Source: a bacterium
GTDB lineage: Bacteria > Electryoneota > Electryoneia > Electryoneales > Electryoneaceae
NCBI GenBank assembly: GCA_963669175.1
Contig: OY769902.1
Location: forward strand, 3,648,001 to 3,712,000
Length of the DNA stretch: 64,000 bases
Reading direction: 5' to 3'
The notes beneath the pieces are model-generated. The model was not told the DNA's origin, did no database searches, and worked only from the letters and a program-made list of their open reading frames with translations. Shown here piece after piece: positions 29,971-40,526 of this stretch. How positions within the stretch are numbered: the stretch's first letter is position 1; every line of letters starts with the position of its first letter. The translations under genes were made by a program, and so were the position numbers.

Positions 29971-30996
29971 ATGCGAGTGCTGATCACCGGAGGCGCTGGG
30001 TTTATTGGATCAAACCTCGTGCATTACCTGGTAAGACTCCGTCCTGAGTGGGAGATTGTCAACCTGGACGCACTCACCTATGCCGGAAACCTGGAAAACC
30101 TGACTGCGATTGAGAACCACCCCGGCTATACTTTCGTCCATGCTGATATTACCGATGACAAGGCTGTCGCAGCCACTCTCGACAAATACAGGCCGGATGC
30201 GATCATGCATCTCGCGGCTGAATCGCATGTTGACCGTTCTGTTCATGGCGCTCAAGTATTTGTCCATACCAACGTCATGGGAACACAAATCCTGCTGGAT
30301 CATTTCCGCAGGGTGAATCCGGATGGACGTTTTCTCCAGGTATCCACGGATGAAGTCTATGGCTCGCTTGGGCCTGAAGGCTATTTCACCGAAGAAACTT
30401 CATTGGCGCCCAATAGCCCCTATTCGGCTTCCAAGACTGGCGCTGACATGCTGGTGCGAGCTGCGCACCACACGCACGGTATGGACACGGTCATTACCCG
30501 GTGCAGCAATAACTACGGCCCATACCAGTTCCCTGAGAAGTTAATCCCGCTTATGATCGCCAACGCCATGGCCGGGAAGCAGCTACCTGTCTACGGTGAT
30601 GGGATGAATGTCCGGGACTGGTTATACGTCGAGGATCATTGTTCTGCACTGGTGACCGTCCTGGAAAAGGGGAAAGCCGGTGAGGTATACAATATTGGTG
30701 GTCACAACGAAAGGGCTAACCTGCATATTGTCAAGCTGATCCTCCAGCATTTGGGGGCGTCGGAAGAGCTGATCCATTTTGTCACGGATCGTCCCGGCCA
30801 TGACCGTCGTTATGCGATTGATGCAGGCAAGATAGAACGTGAACTGGGCTGGACACCGAGCCGTACCTTTGAGCAAGCGCTTCCGGCTACGATTGAGTGG
30901 TACAAGGATAACCAGGAATGGGTACAGCGTGTCATGAGTGGTGAATATCAGAAGTATTACCAGGATATGTACGGAAGCAGGCTGGCATCCGAGTAA
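29971..30996 (+). CDS. rfbB: dTDP-glucose 4,6-dehydratase
   Basis: TGGAGFIGSN, AAESHVDRS, STDEVYG, YSASK, DRPGHDRRYAID. Confidence 0.96.
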   Translation: MRVLITGGAGFIGSNLVHYLVRLRPEWEIVNLDALTYAGNLENLTAIENHPGYTFVHADITDDKAVAATLDKYRPDAIMHLAAESHVDRSVHGAQVFVHTNVMGTQILLDHFRRVNPDGRFLQVSTDEVYGSLGPEGYFTEETSLAPNSPYSASKTGADMLVRAAHHTHGMDTVITRCSNNYGPYQFPEKLIPLMIANAMAGKQLPVYGDGMNVRDWLYVEDHCSALVTVLEKGKAGEVYNIGGHNERANLHIVKLILQHLGASEELIHFVTDRPGHDRRYAIDAGKIERELGWTPSRTFEQALPATIEWYKDNQEWVQRVMSGEYQKYYQDMYGSRLASE

Positions 30997-30999
30997 AAC

Positions 31000-32751
31000 A
31001 TGCGCACAAAATGGCTTACATCGATTTTTCTGGTTGCACTCCTCGCCTTGACCGCTGCCGGTCAACCGGTTCCGCTGGGTGATCGGGTCTATACCCTCCT
31101 GGATGCAGGCTATAGTCGTGGTCTCATTACGGATGGAGCGATAACCCAGCTTCCCCTGATGCGTTCGGAAGTGGCGTTCTACCTGGTGGAAATGGAAGAT
31201 GCCCGGCAGGATGGGCATTACCTCCCCTCCGCCCTTAGGGACGAACTAGCTCAACAGCTCCGCTGGTATAAACGGGAAGTAGACAAGATCGTTGAAGACA
31301 AGTGGTGGACCAATGTCACCCCTGGTAAAGCCAAACTCGCACGTCTTACCGGAAATCCACTGGTAAATTCACTCTGGTCCGGCATCATTTTGGCCGAAAA
31401 CGGGCACATTCTTGATCTCACGTTTAATGAGAATGTGTGGCTGACGGCAGATCCTACATATGCATTTGATTATTATCATCTTCCTTATCAAGACGACGTA
31501 CTCAACCGTCGCTGGGGATTCGTTTTCGAAGCGAGTACAGCGGATTGGGCCAAGGTGTATCTGCGCTGGCGAGATGTGGCAGAATGGGGCAATGGTCCTT
31601 ATTTCCACTGGAATGTAAGAGATGCGCTCTATGATAATCGCGCCGGGTACCTGAATCCCAATGCGGAAAACCTGGTTGCTTATGAAGATTTTTGCGGTGG
31701 TGTGGTAGTCGAGAAGGCCCCCTTCACTCTTTTCTTCGGACGGGATGTTGTCCGCTGGGGACCGGGCCGGTTTGGCAACCTGATGATGGGCGGCGAAGCT
31801 CCCACGTTCGCCCATCTCAAACTAACAGCAAACCTGTCGCATAAAGTACGCTACACCTATTTGCATGGTTCGCTGCATCAGTGGCCGGAAATTGCGGACA
31901 CGCTGTATACGGCATCATCAGGACGTGTCAGAAGACATTTGGAAGAGAAGTATATTGCCGGGCACAGGTTGGATATGAAAGTATTCCACTGGTTGAATCT
32001 TGGACTTGAAGAAACAGTGGTTTACGGTGAACGCGGACTTGATTTTGATTACTTGAACCCAGTCAGCGTCTTTTTCAGTGAAGAACATGATACTGGTGAT
32101 CAGGACAACGCACTGATGGGAATCGATTTCCTTGCAGGGCCGTTCGGACCTTTCACAGCCTGGGGCGAGCTGGTTCTGGACGACTTTGTATTCAGCAAAC
32201 TGGGTTCAGATAACGCCAGTAACAAGATTGGCTGGCTTGGGGGCGGCGCAGTGCAGGGCCCGGGCGGCTGGTTACCTTTGGAAGCGATGGTAGAGTATGC
32301 CGGGCTTCGTCCCTTCATGTATTCGCACTTTTACCCGATCAATGTGTATAAACAATGGAACTCATCCCTGGGCTTGTCCCTGCAACCAAATTCGGACCGA
32401 TTAAGCGGTAGTATCGCATGGCAGCCATATCAACCGTTACGCTTTGGAATAGAATCCCATTATCTTCGCCACGGCGCCAATACGGCCACGAGCAATGTTG
32501 GTGGAGATATTGACATATCCAGAAATATCGATTCAACTGAAGTTGCGCCTTTTCTGGATGGCTTGCGACAGGACAGCTACCGTGCGGTTTGCTGGGCCGA
32601 GTACGAAGTGTTTGAACAGTTTCAGATATCTGGTATGATGGGCTACGATGGATTTGTCGATGATTGGCGTGATGGTGGCATTGTCGCGTCTCTGGGCGTA
32701 TCGTGGTTCCGTCCGGTTGATAGACCCTATACCCTTGTTGGGAGACAATAG
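31000..32751 (+). CDS. Capsule assembly Wzi-family outer-membrane protein
   Basis: Signal peptide, GRDVVRWGPG, GHRLD, DNALMGID; located in a polysaccharide locus. Confidence 0.7.
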   Translation: MRTKWLTSIFLVALLALTAAGQPVPLGDRVYTLLDAGYSRGLITDGAITQLPLMRSEVAFYLVEMEDARQDGHYLPSALRDELAQQLRWYKREVDKIVEDKWWTNVTPGKAKLARLTGNPLVNSLWSGIILAENGHILDLTFNENVWLTADPTYAFDYYHLPYQDDVLNRRWGFVFEASTADWAKVYLRWRDVAEWGNGPYFHWNVRDALYDNRAGYLNPNAENLVAYEDFCGGVVVEKAPFTLFFGRDVVRWGPGRFGNLMMGGEAPTFAHLKLTANLSHKVRYTYLHGSLHQWPEIADTLYTASSGRVRRHLEEKYIAGHRLDMKVFHWLNLGLEETVVYGERGLDFDYLNPVSVFFSEEHDTGDQDNALMGIDFLAGPFGPFTAWGELVLDDFVFSKLGSDNASNKIGWLGGGAVQGPGGWLPLEAMVEYAGLRPFMYSHFYPINVYKQWNSSLGLSLQPNSDRLSGSIAWQPYQPLRFGIESHYLRHGANTATSNVGGDIDISRNIDSTEVAPFLDGLRQDSYRAVCWAEYEVFEQFQISGMMGYDGFVDDWRDGGIVASLGVSWFRPVDRPYTLVGRQ

Positions 32752-32761
32752 AGAGGCGACG

Positions 32762-33967
32762 ATGTTAGAACAGCGGGACCAGTTAGCTTCATCCAATCTC
32801 TGGGATCATCTTGCGCTCATCCTGAAATGGAAGAAGCTTTTCGCCATGATCATGCTGATTACAGCCGTTATCGCAGTTATTGTAGCTTACACTCTCAAGG
32901 AGTGGTACTACAGTGATGCCCAGATAATGCCGCCTCCTCAGCAGATGCTTAGCCTTATGGGCGGCCTACTCCCTTCCCTTGATATGGGTTTGCTTGGGCA
33001 GATGGGTGGCATGACCAGCGAGACACGTTTAATCGCTGCCATCCTTGAGAGTCGAAGACTACAGGACATGGTCATTGATGAGTTTGGCTGGATGGAGAAA
33101 TTCCATTTCAAGTATCGTGAAGGCGCGTACAAGCATTTCCTGAAAAATGTAATATGGGAATCAACGGAAGCGGGTACCATCTATCTTCGTGTCAATGATA
33201 CAGATCGCAAACGTGTAGCTGAAATTGTCAATTTTATTCTTCATCACCTGACCATCGAATACACTTCAATTACAGCGGCTCAGGCCGGTAGCCAGCGTCA
33301 GTTCATTTCCGCCAGGGTTGATTCTATCGAAGCAAACTTGCGTCGCACTGAACAGCGTTTCCTTGAATTCCAGCAGGAAACAGGTATCATTGCCGGTGAA
33401 GAGCAAATGGCGGCCACAGTTCGAGCGCTTTCAAACATACAGTCCGAATTGATCCTTGCTGAAGTACAGGCTGAGGTACTTGAGAAAACAATGCCTGCCA
33501 GCTCTTCCATGGTTATTCAAGCTAGAGCCCAGGCTGAAGCGCTTCGCAAACATCTTGAAGACATGAAGCACACTGCGGATGACAAAGATCGTTCAATCAT
33601 TATTGGTTTAGATGAAGCGCCAGAAGCCGGCGTTGCATATCTGCGCCTGTTACGAGAACTGGAAATCCAGCAGAAGGTGCTGGAAGTCATCATGCCGCTT
33701 TACGAACAATCCAAGATATTTGAGAATGAGGATGCAGGGATGTTGTACATCCTGGATCGTGGCGAGGTCCCGGAGAAAAAATACAAACCCAAGCGCGCTT
33801 TCCTGATCCTGGCAATTCTTGTGCTTGGTTTTATTCTTACATACCTGTATGTACTGTTCATCGAATGGTATAACAGGTTGCAACAGGTTGATCAGGAACA
33901 ATACGCCATAGTACGGAAGGTCCTGGTTGGGCTGAAGCCGAAGAATTTGCTTTCTTTCAAGGAGTAA
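32762..33967 (+). CDS. Polysaccharide chain-length determinant (Wzz/GumC family)
   Basis: Two TM helices around a coiled coil, PEKKYKPKR before the C-terminal TM; GAGG RBS before ATG 32762. Confidence 0.85.
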   Translation: MLEQRDQLASSNLWDHLALILKWKKLFAMIMLITAVIAVIVAYTLKEWYYSDAQIMPPPQQMLSLMGGLLPSLDMGLLGQMGGMTSETRLIAAILESRRLQDMVIDEFGWMEKFHFKYREGAYKHFLKNVIWESTEAGTIYLRVNDTDRKRVAEIVNFILHHLTIEYTSITAAQAGSQRQFISARVDSIEANLRRTEQRFLEFQQETGIIAGEEQMAATVRALSNIQSELILAEVQAEVLEKTMPASSSMVIQARAQAEALRKHLEDMKHTADDKDRSIIIGLDEAPEAGVAYLRLLRELEIQQKVLEVIMPLYEQSKIFENEDAGMLYILDRGEVPEKKYKPKRAFLILAILVLGFILTYLYVLFIEWYNRLQQVDQEQYAIVRKVLVGLKPKNLLSFKE

Positions 33968-33976
33968 GGCGGATTT

Positions 33977-35446
33977 GTGGAAATGAAGTCAGGCTCCTAC
34001 ATCAGCCGTATTGGTGGCCAACAGCATACGGGAGTTCTTCCTCTATACACGATTGCTACGATTGTTTTTTTGATCTTCGTTGCAATCATCAGGGGAAAAA
34101 CATATGCGTTGCTCGGATCTGCCATGGTTGTTGCCACTGTGGGGTTTGTCTGGCGACCATGGGTTTTCCCGGCTCTCTATCTTGCCTATATATGCCTGTT
34201 TCCTTCCAGGCATGGTGGCGATGAGCAAAATTTTTATCCGGTTCATTATATTGCTCAGACCTCCCTGATATTCCTGACTGGAATGGCAGTTGTACTTCAG
34301 GCCAACCGTGGTGTTGAATTCCTGCGTGAGCGCGGAAAAGACCTCTATCGACAAACCAGGAATTTTGCAGATCCCGCCGGTTTTTTCATGACTCTGCTTG
34401 TCGGTTGGTTCATGATAATGATTCTGTACGGTTTGAGTGTTGGCAATGATCCGAAGATGATATTGTTTGAAGTATCTCATGTCTTTGTTGTGTTTGGGTA
34501 CTTTGTATGGCGAGCATTATTCAGGCGGTATGGAAGTATTGAAAATTGGTTTTTCTATTTCATCTCCATTTCCTTTATTACCGGCTTGATCTTCCTGTTC
34601 TATATTGCTTCGAACTGGCAGGGGATTATCAGTTTTGTTGTGTATCGTATCCTGTCCAGGCAGGGCAATATCATTCTTGTCGCTATTCCTGTGATTATGA
34701 GTTTCCTCCTGATCTCCAAGTCTTGGAAAGCGCGGGTTATGTGGGGCTTTGCCCTGTTCCTGTCCTTCATTCAAATGTTCATGGCGCAAGCCAGATCATT
34801 GTGGCTTGCGGTATTCCTGTTAAGTTCTATTTACTTCAGCCTATATTCTTTTCGAAATGGTTTCACTTGGAAAGGATGGCGCACGTTCCTCAGCGGCCTG
34901 CTACTGGTTCTTTTACTCTTGACCATTCTCCTTCTGGCTGTGATGAATATTTTCGACGCTGATATGTCAATTCTGTTCAGACGCTGGGAAGATTTCGGCA
35001 CACTGAATGACAATTCTACGATGATGCGTGTTTTTGATGTTCGTCATACGTATGCCCTGGTTAAACAATCGCCGATTTTTGGGTACGGTATGGGCGCTGA
35101 GATGTATTCTGTTCCCAATGCAGGGTATTCTCTCTACATCGACAATAGCTTTATGCACGCCCTTTATAAGGGCGGGTTCCCTTACCTGATCATCTTGATG
35201 GGTGTCTATTTATCCGGACTGTATCGTTCATTTCAGATTTATCGCCAGATGGATGATCCGGAACTCAGTATTTTCGGAACGGCATTCATATCAACCCTGT
35301 TAACGCTGCTTTTCATTGGTAATGTGCATACGGGGTTGACAGTGTACCGTTTTGGATTTCTTTGGATGATGGTTATCGCCGCTGCACAGGTGATGTACGA
35401 GAACTGGCGGCTTCATAAAGAAGGAAAGCTAACAGAAGATGTCTAA
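33977..35446 (+). CDS. O-antigen ligase / Wzy polymerase-family membrane protein
   Basis: Many TM helices, ARSLW, PIFGYGMG, IDNSF...LYKGG. Confidence 0.75.
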   Translation: MEMKSGSYISRIGGQQHTGVLPLYTIATIVFLIFVAIIRGKTYALLGSAMVVATVGFVWRPWVFPALYLAYICLFPSRHGGDEQNFYPVHYIAQTSLIFLTGMAVVLQANRGVEFLRERGKDLYRQTRNFADPAGFFMTLLVGWFMIMILYGLSVGNDPKMILFEVSHVFVVFGYFVWRALFRRYGSIENWFFYFISISFITGLIFLFYIASNWQGIISFVVYRILSRQGNIILVAIPVIMSFLLISKSWKARVMWGFALFLSFIQMFMAQARSLWLAVFLLSSIYFSLYSFRNGFTWKGWRTFLSGLLLVLLLLTILLLAVMNIFDADMSILFRRWEDFGTLNDNSTMMRVFDVRHTYALVKQSPIFGYGMGAEMYSVPNAGYSLYIDNSFMHALYKGGFPYLIILMGVYLSGLYRSFQIYRQMDDPELSIFGTAFISTLLTLLFIGNVHTGLTVYRFGFLWMMVIAAAQVMYENWRLHKEGKLTEDV

Positions 35447-36617
35447 GAGAGCTGGAAACATCCTGATGCTCACATCACGGCATCCGGCATACGATGGACG
35501 GATCTTCCACTTGGAAGCTGCTGCCTTGCGTGATGCCGGATACAACGTGACAATTGTTGCTCCCCGACAAAAGGATGAGCCAGTAGAGACTGTTACTGAC
35601 GGAATTCGAGTCGTTGTTTATGATAAACCCGCATCCGGAATAAAACGTAAACTGGCCAGTTTCACTGAGCTCTATAAAGCGGCGATGCGCTTTGAGGCTG
35701 ATGTAATCCATGTGCATGAAGTGGATGCGCCGCTGATGGCTGCCGCAATTGCCAAGCGAAAGCTTGCGAAAAATGGACGAAAAGCAAAACTGGTCTTCGA
35801 TTCGCACGAAGTCTGGCCATTCTTTTACGCTGTAAAGAGCAGGCGAAGCATCCTGCAGCATCTGTTCAAGCATGCAACGATTTTCGCTGAAGATATCCTT
35901 CTGTCAACAGCGGTGGATGGGGTTATCGCCGCACATGTTCTGGAAGAGCATTATTACCTGTTCCTGAATCCCTGGTTACCGGTAAAACAGGTGTATAACA
36001 GCCCGCCCATATCAAGCTGGCCTGTACCGCGTGAACGCAAGGGGCCGATAAAAATTATAGGTCATGACGGCTATTTCACCAAACACCGCGGCATGGAAGC
36101 CATGCTTGGCGCGTTCGAGCAGATAGCGCCGGATTTCACGGAAGTAAAACTCCTGGCCGCCGGGGCTTTTATGACAGATGACGATGAGCAATACTATAAG
36201 GAATGGGAAGCGCGAACAGGACTGGGCGACCGCGTTGAAGTAGCTGGTTGGGTTGACCGGAAAGACATTATCTCCTATCTGGACCGGATGGATATCGGCA
36301 TTGTAGCGAACAGGCCGGACATTCACAGTGTACGTTGCTGGCCGGCGAACAAAATGATGTTTTACCTGGGCAGGGGACTTCCTGTATTATCAACCCCTTC
36401 CCCATTGTACAAACGCTATATTCAGAAAGTTGGCTGTGGTGTCAGCGCTCGAGGATTCAGCGCTTCGGCCATGGCAAAAGCCATGCGCTGGATGTTGACG
36501 CATCCGGAAGAAACCCGCAAAATGGGAAAACGGGGTTACACTAACGCCGTTCACGATTTTGACGACAAACAGGCAGTGCGAAACCTGCTGGACTTTTACA
36601 GGGAAATTGGACTTTAG
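35439..36617 (+). CDS. Glycosyltransferase family 4
   Basis: HPAYDGRIF, FDSHE, NKMMFYLGRGLPV. Confidence 0.85.
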   Translation: MSKRAGNILMLTSRHPAYDGRIFHLEAAALRDAGYNVTIVAPRQKDEPVETVTDGIRVVVYDKPASGIKRKLASFTELYKAAMRFEADVIHVHEVDAPLMAAAIAKRKLAKNGRKAKLVFDSHEVWPFFYAVKSRRSILQHLFKHATIFAEDILLSTAVDGVIAAHVLEEHYYLFLNPWLPVKQVYNSPPISSWPVPRERKGPIKIIGHDGYFTKHRGMEAMLGAFEQIAPDFTEVKLLAAGAFMTDDDEQYYKEWEARTGLGDRVEVAGWVDRKDIISYLDRMDIGIVANRPDIHSVRCWPANKMMFYLGRGLPVLSTPSPLYKRYIQKVGCGVSARGFSASAMAKAMRWMLTHPEETRKMGKRGYTNAVHDFDDKQAVRNLLDFYREIGL

Positions 36618-36618
36618 T

Positions 36619-37773
36619 ATGGGTAGCCGTGTTCTGATGCTGGGATCGCTATTCCTCGTGGTTTACCACCATTTTCTCTACCCCATCCTGCTGTGGGTAT
36701 TGGGAAGATCACGCCCTGATCAGAAATTTGAACAACTGCCTGAAGAGAATCTTCCTACTGTCGCTCTGCTGATTCCGGCACGAAATGAAGAAGCCTCAAT
36801 CGCTGAGAAATTGGATAATTCACTGGCGCTGGACTATCCAAAAGAAAAGCTGACCATTTTTGTGCTGGCGAATGGTTGCACTGATCGAACAGCCGATATT
36901 GTCAAACAGTACGCTGAAAAGGGTGTACAGCTCTTTGAGTTTGGTGAGATCGGCAAAGAGATGGCGCAGAATGAAGCGGTCAGGCAGGTAAGCGCCAATA
37001 TCCTGGTTTTTTCTGATGCCAATACGCCCTATCGGCCGGAGTCATTGCGACGCCTGGTTGAGCCATTTGCCGATCCAACAATCGGAAGTGTTGGCGGCCG
37101 AAAGGTTGTCAAGAATGACAACGAGACGATTGGCAGCCTTGAGAAAACATATTGGAAAAGTGTTGAGGATGTTCTGCGTAAGCTTGAGACCCGTCTTGGT
37201 GGCGTAGCCGGTGCAGATGGTCTGATCTATGCCGTTCGTCGTGAACACTATGTCGATATTCCAGCCGGTGTCACCAGCGATCTATACCTCCCGCTACTCG
37301 TAGCCGCGAAAGGCTTCAGAACAGTATTTCAGCCCGACGCTATTGCCGAGGAACAGGCGAACAAGGATTTCAAAGCTGAATTTCAACGCAGGATTCGCAT
37401 TACCCGGCATTGCATTTCCGGCATCAGGACGTATCCCTGGCTGCTGTTTCCCTGGAAAACTGGCAGGTTAAGTTTCGTCCTTTGGTCTCACAAAATGATC
37501 CGCTGGTTTGAGCCTTTCCTGCTCGGCCTTGCGTTATTAGCTGCAATGTGGCGCATGATCACAGGAAAAGCCCGCAATTTTGAAGTAATTGTTTTTGGCG
37601 GCGCTACGCTTGCCGGATTCCTGGGTTTACTGGGCCGTGGCATGGGACGCGAGAAACCGGTCAAAATTATTACCCAGGTCTATTACCTGCTTTCAACCTT
37701 TTATGCTGTTGCGACCGGTGTTGTTTTTGCTTTTACCAAGGGCAGGTTGGGCGTGTGGAGCCACGAACGGTGA
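36619..37773 (+). CDS. Glycosyltransferase family 2
   Basis: IPARNEE, FSDAN, RRIRI, SHKMIRW. Confidence 0.88.
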   Translation: MGSRVLMLGSLFLVVYHHFLYPILLWVLGRSRPDQKFEQLPEENLPTVALLIPARNEEASIAEKLDNSLALDYPKEKLTIFVLANGCTDRTADIVKQYAEKGVQLFEFGEIGKEMAQNEAVRQVSANILVFSDANTPYRPESLRRLVEPFADPTIGSVGGRKVVKNDNETIGSLEKTYWKSVEDVLRKLETRLGGVAGADGLIYAVRREHYVDIPAGVTSDLYLPLLVAAKGFRTVFQPDAIAEEQANKDFKAEFQRRIRITRHCISGIRTYPWLLFPWKTGRLSFVLWSHKMIRWFEPFLLGLALLAAMWRMITGKARNFEVIVFGGATLAGFLGLLGRGMGREKPVKIITQVYYLLSTFYAVATGVVFAFTKGRLGVWSHER

Positions 37774-39191
37774 GATGGCTCATTCGACATCGGACCCTGC
37801 CCCGGCTGATCATGGATACTACAGGCTTTTTCCTGGCCTTTGTGGTGTTCTATGTCTTCCGTTTCCAGGCTCATCTTGTCAGTAATCCAATAGATATCTC
37901 CCAGCAGGCAAATTTCGGGGCTGTTTTTTTCATCATGGGGCTGACCCTGTCAGGCTACTGGCTGTTCATTTATGCCCTTAACGGGATGTACAAGCATAAT
38001 ATCAGCGTCTCAAGGTATGAAGCTGTAGCAGACACATTAAGCGCTGCTGCAAAGGGCACTATCATACTGATTATCCTGGTCACCATTTTCATGCCGCTTC
38101 AACCAACTCGATTCCTGATCTTTATTTATGGTGGAATGGTATTCGCTTTTACGGCTTTGTTTCGAATCCTGTTTCGCACATTCATACTACGTATGTTCCG
38201 TAAACGGGTCGGGCTGTATAACGCAGTCCTGGTAGGTTTTGGCAAGCGCGGACAGCAGTTGTACGAAGTGCTTACCACATCTCCCGGCTTTGGCTACACG
38301 ATATCAACAATTGCCATCCTGCGAAAACAGGATCACTCCAATGTCCCGGAAGGTGTAAACTGTATCTATATTGACGAGTTGGAAAAGGTTCTGAATCCGG
38401 ATTGTGAAAATCCGGCCGAGTATGTTCTGCTTACACTGGAACCAACCCAACGGAAAGTACTTCTGGATATTATCAGTAAAGTATCCAATTATCCAGCCAA
38501 GATGCTGATCACACCGGATTTCTACCAGATGCTTGTCGGGTTGGCCCGGAGCCAGCAGGTTTACGGTATCCCGATGATGGAAGTCTTCCCGGAGCTAATG
38601 ACCCCGTTCCAGAAAATCGTAAAGCGAGGAATGGACATTGCAGCAGGCCTGACCATTCTCGTACTCGGACTTCCGGTGTTGATTCTCGTAGGGTTAGGAG
38701 TTAAACTCACCTCGCGCGGTCCCATGTTATACACGCAAAAACGGGTCGGTTTACATGGCAAAGAATTTACCATGTACAAGTTCCGGTCCATGCGTGAAGA
38801 TGCAGAGAAACTAACCGGACCTGTTTTCGCGCAGGAAAATGACCCGAGAATTACCCCGATCGGACGTATTCTTCGGAAAACCAGGCTGGACGAAACTCCT
38901 CAAGCCTGGAACGTGCTCATTGGAGATATGAGTCTTGTCGGGCCGAGACCGGAACGAAAGGTATTTGTGAATGAATTAAGCAAATCCGTACCGTTCTATA
39001 GTCGTATACTTAACACAAAACCTGGCTTGACCAGCCTGGGACAGGTAAATTTCGGTTATGCACATGGTGTTGATGAAGTGCGTGAGCGTGTTCAATATGA
39101 GTTATTTTATCTTCAAAACATGTCCATCGGATTGGATATCAGAATTATCCTGCATACGATATGGGTTGTGTTGAAGATGGAAGGCAAGTAG
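37755..39191 (+). CDS. Polyprenyl glycosylphosphotransferase (priming sugar transferase, WcaJ/CpsE-like)
   Basis: KRGMDI, YKFRSM, DPRITPIG, RLDETPQ, GDMSLVGPRPE. Confidence 0.92.
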   Translation: MEPRTVRWLIRHRTLPRLIMDTTGFFLAFVVFYVFRFQAHLVSNPIDISQQANFGAVFFIMGLTLSGYWLFIYALNGMYKHNISVSRYEAVADTLSAAAKGTIILIILVTIFMPLQPTRFLIFIYGGMVFAFTALFRILFRTFILRMFRKRVGLYNAVLVGFGKRGQQLYEVLTTSPGFGYTISTIAILRKQDHSNVPEGVNCIYIDELEKVLNPDCENPAEYVLLTLEPTQRKVLLDIISKVSNYPAKMLITPDFYQMLVGLARSQQVYGIPMMEVFPELMTPFQKIVKRGMDIAAGLTILVLGLPVLILVGLGVKLTSRGPMLYTQKRVGLHGKEFTMYKFRSMREDAEKLTGPVFAQENDPRITPIGRILRKTRLDETPQAWNVLIGDMSLVGPRPERKVFVNELSKSVPFYSRILNTKPGLTSLGQVNFGYAHGVDEVRERVQYELFYLQNMSIGLDIRIILHTIWVVLKMEGK

Positions 39192-39242
39192 AAAAGGTTA
39201 TACCCGGCAGGAACCGTCGGAAAAAAGGAAACAGGTTACAAG

Positions 39243-40526
39243 ATGCATGACATACGCAGGTTACGTGAACAGGCTGACCTTGTAAAAGCCAATATCAAGC
39301 GCAAGGGATTCGATGCGGATACGGATGCCGCGCTTGCGTTGGATAAAGAATGGCGTGAACTGACCACAAAAGGCGACCAGCTCAAGGCTGAATTGAATAA
39401 GGCCAGCAAGGCTATCGGCATGGCGAAAAAAGCTGGCCGTGACGCCGCCGAGGAGATGGAAGCCGCACGGCAAGTACGTGATAATATCAGCGCGACAGAT
39501 GAGCGCAAGAAAGTTCTGGAAGAACAGATCCGTATCCTGCTGCAATCCTGGCCGGCAGAACCGGATACGAAAGCGCCCGAAGGATTGACCGCTGAGCAGA
39601 ATATTGTTGCAAGTGAATCCGGTGAAAAACCGAGCTTCGATTTTAATCTGTTAGATCATCTCGAACTGGGCGAGAAGCTTGATATCCTCGATATGCCACG
39701 TGGTTCCAAGATAACGGGATCAGGATTCCCCGTATATAAAGGACACGGTGCAACATTGGAGCGTGCACTGATTCAGTTCATGCTGGATACTCATATCCGT
39801 GAACATGGCTATACTGAGCTGTTCGTTCCTTTCATGGCAAATCGTGATTCCGTCCTCGGTACAGGTCAGCTTCCCAAGTTGGAAGAAGATATGTACTACA
39901 TCAACAAGGATGAATTCTATCTTATTCCGACGGCGGAAGTTCCTATTACAAACATGCACCGTGACGACACCCTTCGTCACGATGAACTCCCGGTAAAATA
40001 CGTGGCTTATTCCCCCTGCTTCCGTCGTGAAGCGGGTACCTATGGCGCAGACACGCGCGGTCTGTTACGCATCCACCAGTTTAACAAAGTGGAACTGGTT
40101 CACATCGTAGATCCGGAGAAGAGCGAAGCGGCACAGCTTGAGATTCTGTCTCATGCCTTGAAAATTCTGGACACGCTTGGAATAACCTGGCGGGTGCTGG
40201 ATCTTTGTGCCGGGGATATGTCGTTTGCCGCAGCGCGTTGTTTTGATATCGAAGTCTGGGCGCCCGGAACCGGACGCTGGCTGGAAGCGAGCAGTGTCAG
40301 TAACTTCCGTGATTTTCAGGCACGCCGGATGAACCTGCGGGTCAAAATACCCACTGAGAAGAAACCTGTATTCCCGCATACGCTGAATGGTTCCGGTCTT
40401 GCCACATCACGTCTGATGGTTGCCCTGATGGAAACCTGGCAGACTCCTGAGAACCGGATTCGTATTCCCAAACCGCTTCAACCCTATATGAACGGTTTGG
40501 ACCAGATACGGGGTAAAGCAGGATGA
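39243..40526 (+). CDS. serS: Serine--tRNA ligase
   Basis: LIPTAEVP, CFRREAG, RIHQFNKVE, HTLNGSGLA. Confidence 0.97.
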   Translation: MHDIRRLREQADLVKANIKRKGFDADTDAALALDKEWRELTTKGDQLKAELNKASKAIGMAKKAGRDAAEEMEAARQVRDNISATDERKKVLEEQIRILLQSWPAEPDTKAPEGLTAEQNIVASESGEKPSFDFNLLDHLELGEKLDILDMPRGSKITGSGFPVYKGHGATLERALIQFMLDTHIREHGYTELFVPFMANRDSVLGTGQLPKLEEDMYYINKDEFYLIPTAEVPITNMHRDDTLRHDELPVKYVAYSPCFRREAGTYGADTRGLLRIHQFNKVELVHIVDPEKSEAAQLEILSHALKILDTLGITWRVLDLCAGDMSFAAARCFDIEVWAPGTGRWLEASSVSNFRDFQARRMNLRVKIPTEKKPVFPHTLNGSGLATSRLMVALMETWQTPENRIRIPKPLQPYMNGLDQIRGKAG